A DNA stretch of 20,000 bases, from the IMG/VR virus record IMGVR_UViG_3300044657_000873, one strand, 5' to 3'. The notes under the pieces are model-generated. The model was given only the letters and a program-made list of their open reading frames with translations, made no database searches and was not told where the DNA came from. This document shows positions 1-7,240 of the stretch, piece by piece. Each line of letters begins with the position of its first letter. The first letter of the stretch is position 1. Made by a program: the position numbers and the translations under genes. The DNA comes from an uncultured virus (IMG/VR IMGVR_UViG_3300044657_000873) (taxonomy: Duplodnaviria; Heunggongvirae; Uroviricota; Caudoviricetes).

Positions 1-326
1 ATCGCGTCGAAAGTCTCATCAGGGAACCAACCCAACGCACGCCGAGACTTTGTCTTCTTCTTCTCAACCCGATGTGATTGCCCGGAATTAGCGATATTCA
101 AATCGAATCTACGCTCCCTCTCCGCACTCATACTCCAAGAATCAACACAGACCAACTTCGATGATTCATGCGTAAGCACTTTCTCCAAGAACCAAACCGC
201 ACTACGCCCCTCAAAACTGCCGACTTCCAGAAACTGGATATCAGGCTGTCCAATGAAATCCGCGAAGAGATCTAACCACTGCGGGATGCGATAGGTGACA
301 TAATCTTGAGTAAACTCATATCCCAT
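1..326 (-). CDS. Class I SAM-dependent methyltransferase (Methyltransf_24-like), 3' end outside the window
   Basis: Manual translation from ATG at 326 gives MGYEFTQDYVTYRIPQWLDLFADFIGQPDIQFLEVGSFEGRSAVWFLEKVLTHESSKLVCVDSW...FPDETFDA. It has a SAM motif I (LEVGSFEGRS) and an acidic end of beta-2 (CVDSW). The frame is open to the window edge. Confidence 0.8.
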   Translation of the reverse strand, partial: MGYEFTQDYVTYRIPQWLDLFADFIGQPDIQFLEVGSFEGRSAVWFLEKVLTHESSKLVCVDSWSMSAERERRFDLNIANSGQSHRVEKKKTKSRRALGWFPDETFDA

Positions 327-493
327 TATTCATCTTCCCTTTCATAGTTTTCCTGCCAACTTCTAAACAGGTGGTCATCTTCCGGTTCAACAAAACACAA
401 ATTATATTCTTGCTCAAACTTTAAAAAAAGCTCTTCTGGAAAGCTGATGTGAGTACCATTACTATCGACAACATGGCTAGCTTTCTTTAGCAT
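326..493 (-). CDS. Small hypothetical protein (55 aa from ATG; possibly extended to an ATC start at 532)
   Basis: Manual translation MLKKASHVVDSNGTHISFPEELFLKFEQEYNLCFVEPEDDHLFRSWQENYEREDE*. The stop overlaps the next start (TAATG) and the ORF fills the gap between two genes. Confidence 0.6.
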   Translation of the reverse strand: MLKKASHVVDSNGTHISFPEELFLKFEQEYNLCFVEPEDDHLFRSWQENYEREDE

Positions 494-542
494 TTCTCGG
501 TAAGTATTTTTAAGATCGTGAAACGAAACGATAATAACCTCC

Positions 543-1067
543 TCAAATAGTATAAACCTTAATACCAGATCCTATCTCGCGGGCGAGATTACAATTCTTA
601 TCGCAGTCGTCGTAAAAGTAAACCAAGTCAAACGCTTGGCACAGGGTTTCCAAAACCTTTTTCTTTTCCACTGCGATGTCTAGCTTGACCTCATCAGAAC
701 CAACACCAAAAACTTTCATTGGCCTAACATTGTGTCCTAACAAAAAGTCACCTATTGCAACAACCACATTATCTAACCTCGCAGTTAAGATATAAACAGC
801 GTGGCCCTCTCTGTAAACCTCTTCGGCAAGTGCCATGAGAAAAGTCGGATTTGCATTACGAATAAACTCCTCTGAATTAAATTCTGAGAAGTCATACTCC
901 TCACCATCCTCTAAAAAGTCGGAATTGTATTCGCTTGGGTTTAATCTGCGAACAGGTAAGCCTTGACTTCCGCGATTATTTTGGCGACGAACAATTACAC
1001 GACAGTCAGTAGTTGCCAGCGTGTCATCAAAATCAAATACAAATGCTTTTTTCATGTTTTTTCTCAT
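543..1067 (-). CDS. HAD-superfamily phosphatase-like protein
   Basis: HAD motif I FVFDFDDTLA, motif II ILTAR, motif III Lys (EKKKVL) and motif IV FYDDCDKN. Confidence 0.8.
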   Translation of the reverse strand: MRKNMKKAFVFDFDDTLATTDCRVIVRRQNNRGSQGLPVRRLNPSEYNSDFLEDGEEYDFSEFNSEEFIRNANPTFLMALAEEVYREGHAVYILTARLDNVVVAIGDFLLGHNVRPMKVFGVGSDEVKLDIAVEKKKVLETLCQAFDLVYFYDDCDKNCNLAREIGSGIKVYTI

Positions 1068-1073
1068 ATTACT

Positions 1074-1102
1074 ATTATAGTCTACGGTTGCTGATTTGTC
1101 AA
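1074..1102 (-). promoter_or_regulatory. sigma70-type promoter, perfect consensus
   Basis: TTGACA-17 nt-TATAAT, with the ATG of the HAD gene 6 nt after the -10 box. Confidence 0.8.
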
Positions 1103-1579
1103 GTGGGATTCTTTAATTTTTTCAAGAATTTGTCCAAGTGCCTCCTCCATAAAGATATGACCGAACCCCAAGGCTCGCAGTGACTGGTCAATTTCTCGTT
1201 GGTCTTTCAGTATTTGTTCATATGTTTCTGGTACATCGCCATCAGGAGTAAACTCTGCATACAATTTCCAGATAGATTTTTCTCTACCCTTATGTGGTTT
1301 GATGTTCAATTTTTGGTTATCAATCTGCATTGGGTGCTGGGTAACAAACTTCTCGTCTCTTAGTTCTTCCTTGATCTCTGCTATCAGATCAATAAAAATC
1401 GTCTGCATACTAGCAGTAACACCAATACCATGAATAATCTTAGAGTTACCGTCGATCATTTCCTTTACTGGTGCATTTGATGGTTCATTGGTTACTCTGC
1501 CCAGATAGAATCCTGCAACCGCAAAACCTATCAAAAAAACCCAACCCATAATAACATCTTTTGTTTTATATTCACTCAT
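1082..1579 (-). CDS. Hypothetical protein with N-terminal transmembrane helix
   Basis: 165-aa ORF, GGAG Shine-Dalgarno (SD) upstream, hydrophobic segment VIMGWVFLIGFAVAGFYLG. Confidence 0.7.
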   Translation of the reverse strand: MSEYKTKDVIMGWVFLIGFAVAGFYLGRVTNEPSNAPVKEMIDGNSKIIHGIGVTASMQTIFIDLIAEIKEELRDEKFVTQHPMQIDNQKLNIKPHKGREKSIWKLYAEFTPDGDVPETYEQILKDQREIDQSLRALGFGHIFMEEALGQILEKIKESHLTNQQP

Positions 1580-1607
1580 TTCTCAACTCCATAATAATAT
1601 CCATTAA

Positions 1608-1859
1608 TTAGCTTGACTCCAGACCTGATTTTGGAAGCCCCAAATGCACCAGTCTGACCTGATTCCCTACCTGATTCTCGACCTGATCCCTGACCTGATT
1701 CCTGACCTGATTCTCGACCTGACGCCTGACCTGACGCCTGACCTGACGCCAGACCTGATCCCAGACCTGATCCCAGACCTGATACAAGACCTGACCCCTG
1801 ACCTGACCCCAGACCTGATTCTCGACCTGATCCCAGACCTGATTCCTGTTATTTTTCAT
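1608..1859 (-). CDS. xxQV tetrapeptide-repeat mini-protein 5 (16 units plus a unique 15-aa tail)
   Basis: MKNN-(xxQV)16-RLVHLGLPKSGLESS. The start lies within the ATGAAAAATAA overlap with the upstream paralogue. Confidence 0.6.
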   Translation of the reverse strand: MKNNRNQVWDQVENQVWGQVRGQVLYQVWDQVWDQVWRQVRRQVRRQVENQVRNQVRDQVENQVGNQVRLVHLGLPKSGLESS

Positions 1860-2304
1860 TAGTTTGATCCCTGACCTGATTCCTGACCTGACGCCAGACC
1901 TGATTCTCGACCTGATCCCAGACCTGACCCCAGACCTGATCCACGACCTGACTCACGACCTGATCCACGACCTGATTCCTGACCTGACGCCAGACCTGAT
2001 TCTCGACCTGATCCCAGACCTGACCCCAGACCTGATCCCTGACCTGACTCACGACCTGATTCATGACCTGATTCCTGACCTGACGCCAGACCTGATTCTC
2101 GACCTGATCCCAGACCTGACCCCAGACCTGATCCACGACCTGACTCACGACCTGATCCACGACCTGATCCCAGACCTGATTCTCGACTTGACCCACGGCC
2201 TGATCCCAGACCTGACCCCTGACCTGATCCCAGACCTGATCCAAGACCTGACCCCAGACCTGATTCCTGACCTGATTCCTGACCTGACTCCAGTTATTTT
2301 TCAT
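1849..2304 (-). CDS. xxQV tetrapeptide-repeat mini-protein 4 (36 units)
   Basis: MKNN-(xxQV)35-xxQT-NEK (one unit reads QA). Contains three copies of an 8-unit, 96-bp higher-order block. Confidence 0.65.
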   Translation of the reverse strand: MKNNWSQVRNQVRNQVWGQVLDQVWDQVRGQVWDQAVGQVENQVWDQVVDQVVSQVVDQVWGQVWDQVENQVWRQVRNQVMNQVVSQVRDQVWGQVWDQVENQVWRQVRNQVVDQVVSQVVDQVWGQVWDQVENQVWRQVRNQVRDQTNEK

Positions 2305-2485
2305 TAGTTTGATCCCAGACCTGACCCCCGACCTGACGCCAGACCTGATCCACGACCTGATCCACGACCTGACCCCAGACCTGACCCCTGACCTGACCCC
2401 TGACCTGATCCCAGACCTGACCCCAGACCTGATTCTCGACCTGACCCCTGACCTGATTCCTGACCTGATTCCTGTTATTTTTCAT
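2294..2485 (-). CDS. xxQV tetrapeptide-repeat mini-protein 3 (14 units)
   Basis: MKNN-(xxQV)13-WDQT-NEK, with 11-nt start/stop overlaps on both sides. Confidence 0.6.
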   Translation of the reverse strand: MKNNRNQVRNQVRGQVENQVWGQVWDQVRGQVRGQVWGQVVDQVVDQVWRQVGGQVWDQTNEK

Positions 2486-2558
2486 TAGTTTGATCCCAGA
2501 CCTGACCCCAGACCTGATTCTCGACCTGATCCCAGACCTGATTCCTGTTATTTTTCAT
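2475..2558 (-). CDS. xxQV tetrapeptide-repeat mini-protein 2 (5 units, 27 aa; below the ORF-track cutoff)
   Basis: Manual translation [27 protein letters not shown]. Confidence 0.55.
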   Translation of the reverse strand: MKNNRNQVWDQVENQVWGQVWDQTNEK

Positions 2559-2703
2559 TAGTTTGATCCCTGACCTGATTCCTGACCTGACGCCAGACCT
2601 GATTCTCGACCTGATCCCAGACCTGACCCCAGACCTGATCCCTGACCTGACTCACGACCTGATTCATGACCTGATTCCTGACCTGATTCCTGTTATTTTT
2701 CAT
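2548..2703 (-). CDS. xxQV tetrapeptide-repeat mini-protein 1 (11 units)
   Basis: Start placed at ATG 2703 (MKNN, as in the paralogues) rather than 2802, which would overlap the upstream gene. Confidence 0.6.
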   Translation of the reverse strand: MKNNRNQVRNQVMNQVVSQVRDQVWGQVWDQVENQVWRQVRNQVRDQTNEK

Positions 2704-2734
2704 TTTTAATCCGGCCCCACTGTTTTGTAGAAAT

Positions 2735-3181
2735 TTAGTCACGGGCACGATGTTCTCGTTCCTGTTCCTTATCATATTCACGTTGATATGTACAATGTAC
2801 ACTAAAACCAGCGGGAATAGTTACGGGGCCATGAATGGGATGCTCCACGGTACGTTCTTGATAAAGAATCAAGTAAGGTCCAATCAAACTTTCTTCATTC
2901 CAATTTTGTGGAATATACATTTTCACTCCATCCAAAGAATCAAGCACATGACGAGAACCAACATTCTCACCCGGAACCAACTGTAGGATTTTCTTCTTGG
3001 ATTTTGTATAACCTTCTGGAACCTTGTTGGAAATAGTCAGTGCCAAATCTCCTTGCCAGATACGATCATTAACCGTACAAGCCTCACTAAATCGCAAAGG
3101 TTGTCCCGGCTGAACCTTATCGTGTTTACCATTCTTGATCTTTGCCGCATGTTCAACAATTACCTGAATTGCATTCGTCAT
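2735..3181 (-). CDS. Conserved small His-motif protein ('QGD...H...HPxH...IPAG...QREY'), usual neighbour of DUF6745 genes
   Basis: Motifs WQGDL, GSRHVL, VEHPIHGPVTIPAG and YQREYD; SD AAGGAG. The family link is from recall, not from a search. Confidence 0.65.
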   Translation of the reverse strand: MTNAIQVIVEHAAKIKNGKHDKVQPGQPLRFSEACTVNDRIWQGDLALTISNKVPEGYTKSKKKILQLVPGENVGSRHVLDSLDGVKMYIPQNWNEESLIGPYLILYQERTVEHPIHGPVTIPAGFSVHCTYQREYDKEQEREHRARD

Positions 3182-3200
3182 AATTACTCTCCTTTAAAAT

Positions 3201-4073
3201 TTAAGTTCTTCCAATAACATTACACTTACGATCAACATCATTACCAAGCCACTTTTGAGCCTGTTCACAATTTTCTACATCATTATCTACCCCCATAACA
3301 AACACTCTACCAGTTGGGCAAGTTGCAACAAAACGTTTGCCAAAGATTTTTGTATTGTACAATGCCTCAATTGTATTTTCAATATCATTATGTCGGCTAT
3401 CAATACACTCGGCATCAGTTTCTTCAAGATATTTTGTCCAACCATAACGATTGATCATGATAGATCTAATATCTTGATTACTTTCACCGTGAATTTGATG
3501 CAAAGTTAGAGTTTCTGGACTCATAACAATTTGTTCAGTAACTCGATGTCCCTCGATACTCCATATACAAAATCCATCACTAAACTTTACCGAAGGTCCA
3601 TCTTCACAATGCAAAACTTTATCTTGCATACGGATCACTTCTGGTCTATCTTGAAATACAAGATATGTTTCGTCATTATGAGTATAGGACGACCACCATC
3701 CACAAACCTCTGCGAGCTTAAACAATGGGTAAATGCCATCAACTAGTTCCACATTAAGAACTTCACACATGTAAGAATAAAAGGAGAGCCACGCCTCATT
3801 ATATCCAAGCATCATACCGTTTAGTGTTTCATTTTTAGAAATATAAAATCCATTGTCAGTGTGAAATTTCTGTATAATTTCAATAGCTTCGATTGGAGAC
3901 TTAGCAAAGAAAATATGTTTGGCTTCGGGAAGTCCAGCGATGGTGTGGACTTCTTTAGCAAACTCAATGCATTTTTCTCGGTCGCAAGGTCCGGTGGATG
4001 TACCAATCTGAATCCAACGATCCACATGTTGTTTCATTTTTGCTTCTTGTTCGGATGTAAGACTTTCAATCAT
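3201..4073 (-). CDS. DUF6745-like protein
   Basis: N-terminal IESLTSEQ...WIQIGTSTGPCDRE...KSP; central AWLSFY...CGWW...DRP...LHCEDGPSVKFSDGFCIWSIEGHRV; IHGESNQDIRSIMINRYGW; C-terminal CPTGRVF. Confidence 0.7.
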   Translation of the reverse strand: MIESLTSEQEAKMKQHVDRWIQIGTSTGPCDREKCIEFAKEVHTIAGLPEAKHIFFAKSPIEAIEIIQKFHTDNGFYISKNETLNGMMLGYNEAWLSFYSYMCEVLNVELVDGIYPLFKLAEVCGWWSSYTHNDETYLVFQDRPEVIRMQDKVLHCEDGPSVKFSDGFCIWSIEGHRVTEQIVMSPETLTLHQIHGESNQDIRSIMINRYGWTKYLEETDAECIDSRHNDIENTIEALYNTKIFGKRFVATCPTGRVFVMGVDNDVENCEQAQKWLGNDVDRKCNVIGRT

Positions 4074-4112
4074 TTTTTACTCCAGTGGCTAAAGTTAGTA
4101 ATAATACCGTCA

Positions 4113-5339
4113 TCATACTAGTCCCTCAATTATTTTTCCGCCATTTGCAATCTTCATAGGTCTTCCTCTTTTACTTATATAAGTAGTATCAGCATCAATA
4201 CCAAGTGCTGCAACTGTACTAGCCATGAGATCTTGTGCGGTATACGCTAGACCATCAATCATCTTTCCATCTTTAGTCGTTGCACCAATAGCTCGACCCC
4301 CTTTGAATAAACCTCCAGATACAAATGCACTCCATGTCGCTGCCCAATGGTCACGACCAGCATTCTGATTAATTCGAGGAGTTCTACCAAACTCTCCCAT
4401 CATCATTATAGCAGTTGTATCCCACATGTCAAGCCTCTTTAGGTCAAGAATGAGAGTTGATACTACTTTATCTAATTCGGGAAGTTTAGTGTTTAAAGTA
4501 TCATGAGTCATTTGATGAAGATCCCATCCTCCAAATCCAATCTCAACAAATGGGACTCCTTGCTGTAGAAGACGACGAGCAATCAATGCACTATTGCCAA
4601 ATCCAGTAGCTCCATATGCGTTTCTTACTTGTTGAGGTTCCGTATTAATTTTCAACGCATTCATCTGCGGGGAAGTATTTAGTTTAATAGTTTTGTCATA
4701 CAGATTCTTATGGTCTATAGGAAGTTCCCCACGATTAGAATCAATAAAATTTTTCTCTAAAGTAGAAAGGAATTCTAGGCGATTTTTATTTAGATTTCCT
4801 CCCAAATTATTAATTTGACCATTAGAATTTACTAAAAAGGGATCATAAGTAGTTCCTAAGAATCCACCTCCAATACTTCTTGTGCCTACAGAAAAGAATG
4901 CCGGAATCTCAAGATCTTTCCTACTCCTGCCAAGCTCATAAGATACTACAGACCCCAAAGATGGATGAACAACTGTAGGATTAGGTTTAAATCCCGTGTG
5001 TATATGATATGTCCCTCGCATGTGATCAGCTTCACCAGTAGACATACTTCTTACGACAGAGAAATCTTTTCCAAGTTTTGCCAGTTCAGGCATGAGTTCA
5101 CTAATCTGGAAATCCCCTGCCGTATTGATCGGCATATGAGGACCACCCTCTTTAGTTCCGGGTTTCAAATCCCACATATCAATAGTTGGTGGACCGCCTC
5201 CCAACCAAATCAAAATTGCTCCCTTGCGGTCATTACGAAGTTGTGATGAGTTTTTAACAATGGTTTGACCAAAGGAAAGCGATGTGGAAGCAAGAGAAGC
5301 AAGTCCACCAGCGTGTTGTAAGAAGTGTCGTCTATTCAT
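4113..5339 (-). CDS. DUF1501 family protein with twin-arginine signal peptide
   Basis: Tat motif MNRRHFLQ; ILIWLGGGPPTIDMWDLKP, GGWDLH and GEFGRTPRIN...GRDHW are DUF1501 signature motifs. Confidence 0.9.
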   Translation of the reverse strand: MNRRHFLQHAGGLASLASTSLSFGQTIVKNSSQLRNDRKGAILIWLGGGPPTIDMWDLKPGTKEGGPHMPINTAGDFQISELMPELAKLGKDFSVVRSMSTGEADHMRGTYHIHTGFKPNPTVVHPSLGSVVSYELGRSRKDLEIPAFFSVGTRSIGGGFLGTTYDPFLVNSNGQINNLGGNLNKNRLEFLSTLEKNFIDSNRGELPIDHKNLYDKTIKLNTSPQMNALKINTEPQQVRNAYGATGFGNSALIARRLLQQGVPFVEIGFGGWDLHQMTHDTLNTKLPELDKVVSTLILDLKRLDMWDTTAIMMMGEFGRTPRINQNAGRDHWAATWSAFVSGGLFKGGRAIGATTKDGKMIDGLAYTAQDLMASTVAALGIDADTTYISKRGRPMKIANGGKIIEGLV

Positions 5340-5408
5340 GATTTCTCTCTCATTTAGTTAAAATAAAATTATTAGTCACAGAAGGTTGCTTGATGTTTAA
5401 CTTCCATC

Positions 5409-5436
5409 ATTGTATACGAAGAATGTTATTTGTCAA
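5409..5436 (-). promoter_or_regulatory. sigma70-type promoter upstream of the DUF1501 gene
   Basis: TTGACA-16 nt-TACAAT. Confidence 0.6.
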
Positions 5437-5677
5437 CTCCTTCAACAATCAGTCTTATCCAACTGTTTTGTATATCGTTAGTTAATCGTTCTCTATATTT
5501 ATCTGGTGTAAGATTTGTTCTATGAGCAACACCATCAACCCAACCATCCATATAAATATCATACACCATAATCTTCAATACTTTCATTTGTGTGTCGTTC
5601 AGACCCCAAGATTTAATAGCGTGAGCATAATGGTCTGCGTTCCAGTCGTCTAGTTTTATTCCCAATGGGTCACTCAT
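5426..5677 (-). CDS. Hypothetical protein
   Basis: 83-aa ORF, SD GAAGGAG, ATGA overlap with the upstream gene; ends EGVDK. Confidence 0.7.
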   Translation of the reverse strand: MSDPLGIKLDDWNADHYAHAIKSWGLNDTQMKVLKIMVYDIYMDGWVDGVAHRTNLTPDKYRERLTNDIQNSWIRLIVEGVDK

Positions 5678-5886
5678 TTATCAACTCCTTCATCTATCAT
5701 TGGGTTATCTGTCATATCATACAGTCCAAGTTCTTGGGACTGCTGGGTTAATTCTTTTAAAACTTCCTCTCTTTTTGTGAGAGAAACAAATGTTAAATCT
5801 GCTGGGTAATGCTCACACCCCGTAATATATCCATTAGGAGTATCGTAACATATTGTGCCGCATTTTTCACATTTAAAATTGCTCAT
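5674..5886 (-). CDS. Small Cys/His (CxxC...C...CEH) protein, paralogue of 6950-7237
   Basis: First 31 aa nearly identical to the 6950-7237 product; SD GGAG. Confidence 0.7.
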   Translation of the reverse strand: MSNFKCEKCGTICYDTPNGYITGCEHYPADLTFVSLTKREEVLKELTQQSQELGLYDMTDNPMIDEGVDK

Positions 5887-5889
5887 TTA

Positions 5890-6249
5890 TCAACTCCAAG
5901 TATCGCTTTCATACCATTCTAACATATAATTACCGCCCTCGTCGTATGTTCCATGACCTTCTGCCCCACAATGACTACAGGTTACAGAGTCTCCTGTTTT
6001 TGGGAATCTAGCAGCAAAACTATTTCCGCAAATAGAACATTTGATTATATCAACCTTCGTTTTCGCATAATTATAATTCTTGTACATGTCTACCCTTAAC
6101 TTTAATAGTTTTTCCCTATCTTCTTTTGAAATATAGATAGGGTTGGCATCCATTAGACTTACTGGCGGCACATTCCAGAATGGTATTTTAGCATTTAAAT
6201 GGGGAATGTCAATATATCCGTCTGGTTTTTTTTCTGACTTGTCAGTCAT
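5890..6249 (-). CDS. Hypothetical protein with C-terminal zinc ribbon
   Basis: CSIC...CSHC pair; coupled to its neighbours. Confidence 0.7.
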   Translation of the reverse strand: MTDKSEKKPDGYIDIPHLNAKIPFWNVPPVSLMDANPIYISKEDREKLLKLRVDMYKNYNYAKTKVDIIKCSICGNSFAARFPKTGDSVTCSHCGAEGHGTYDEGGNYMLEWYESDTWS

Positions 6250-6670
6250 TTATCTTTATCCTAACTTTCAAAAACCCATCTTTGTCTTGTTTGGATGATG
6301 CCCGACCTATAAGGTCACATTGTTTTCTCCAAGTTATTTTCCCCTTTTTGGAAACGTACATTGGTTGTCCACAGGGGATTTTATCATATTTTCTACGAAT
6401 ACAGATTTCACCATCTTGCAAAATCATTATTTTATTTCCTGTGTTTACTACGTTTAAATAAGCGTGATGATGATATTTTGTTAAATCAATCGTTGCCACA
6501 AATACGGTAGAGACGCCCAACAATTTATCTGACGGTTTCCTGTTTTTGAAACTTCGGGCCATCATAGGTTCATCATTACAGTCGCCATACAAAGGATCGC
6601 CAATCTCAATTTCATCTTCGCAGAACCATTGAATTGATTCGCTTAAACTTTTAGTAATTCTAACAGTCAT
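6242..6670 (-). CDS. Hypothetical protein, possible capsid cement/decoration-like fold
   Basis: 142 aa, SD GGAGGAG. The pattern LLGV...ILQDGEI...GQPMYVSKKG...IGRA...DGFLKVRI resembles DUF2190-like cement proteins. Confidence 0.45.
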   Translation of the reverse strand: MTVRITKSLSESIQWFCEDEIEIGDPLYGDCNDEPMMARSFKNRKPSDKLLGVSTVFVATIDLTKYHHHAYLNVVNTGNKIMILQDGEICIRRKYDKIPCGQPMYVSKKGKITWRKQCDLIGRASSKQDKDGFLKVRIKIND

Positions 6671-6673
6671 TTA

Positions 6674-6868
6674 TCAACTCCTCCATTCACCAGTTCGTTC
6701 ATAAATATCTTTAGGACAATCGGGTGAACATCCACGGTATTTTGTCCCACAATCTTTAGTATGATACATCCACCAGTTTTTAGGCGGCTTATTTGATCGT
6801 GATCTAATTATCATATAAAGAGGAAATAATGTAGCGAATGTAATAAGAACTACACAAAGTTCAGTCAT
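6674..6868 (-). CDS. Small membrane-anchored hypothetical protein
   Basis: N-terminal hydrophobic helix; H..C...C...C motif. Confidence 0.65.
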   Translation of the reverse strand: MTELCVVLITFATLFPLYMIIRSRSNKPPKNWWMYHTKDCGTKYRGCSPDCPKDIYERTGEWRS

Positions 6869-6966
6869 TTGTCACCTATTAGTGATATTATAATGCAGGT
6901 CAGACTGGAACCAATCAACATTCCAGAAAGAAATCCTCTAAGCCAGCGATCAAACGCCTTGCTCAT
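6865..6966 (-). CDS. 33-aa hydrophobic peptide
   Basis: Manual translation MSKAFDRWLRGFLSGMLIGSSLTCIIISLIGDK*. ATGA overlap with the next gene and a junction motif at its start. Confidence 0.5.
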   Translation of the reverse strand: MSKAFDRWLRGFLSGMLIGSSLTCIIISLIGDK

Positions 6967-7237
6967 TTATCACTGTTTTATAAGTATGCCACCAGACTTT
7001 ACATTTATGACACTCAGTTCTGTATTTTGGATCAATAATCATTTTAATGGTTTGTAGTGGAGTCGTAACCGTTTTTGTATCGTGGCACAAGGGGCAAATT
7101 TCTAATCTTGACTCAATACATTTATTTGGAACATCAATATATTTTAAGTCCGCTGGGTAATGTTCGCACCCTGTAATGTAACCATTAAGAGTATCGTAAC
7201 ACATTGTGCCGCATTTTTCACATTTAAAACTACTCAT
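6950..7237 (-). CDS. Cys-rich zinc-binding hypothetical protein
   Basis: CEKC...CEH module shared with 5674-5886, plus CPLC...CHKC. Confidence 0.7.
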   Translation of the reverse strand: MSSFKCEKCGTMCYDTLNGYITGCEHYPADLKYIDVPNKCIESRLEICPLCHDTKTVTTPLQTIKMIIDPKYRTECHKCKVWWHTYKTVINEQGV

Positions 7238-7240
7238 TTA

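Larger units (their letters stand above)
1655..2703 (-). repeat. 12-bp-period tandem repeat array (about 82 units of NNG-NNT-CAG-GTC) interrupted by four near-identical gene junctions
   Basis: On the plus strand GACCTG recurs every 12 bp. The junction GTTATTTTTCATTAGTTTGATCCC occurs near 1848, 2293, 2474 and 2547. Confidence 0.97.

Noticed and set aside
1644..2307. Plus-strand ORFs with (PDLI/PDLT)n repeats
   Set aside because: These are antisense shadows of the 12-bp repeat. They lack SD sequences, oppose the uniform minus-strand orientation and do not show the start/stop coupling of the minus-strand frames.
1655..2703. CRISPR array interpretation of the repeat region
   Set aside because: The period is 12 bp with a 6-bp constant part and recurring variable parts. 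There are no 23-50 bp repeats with unique spacers and no cas genes.
2704..2802. N-terminal extension of ORF 2548-2802 in the ORF track
   Set aside because: It overlaps the upstream gene, and all paralogues start at MKNN (ATG 2703).
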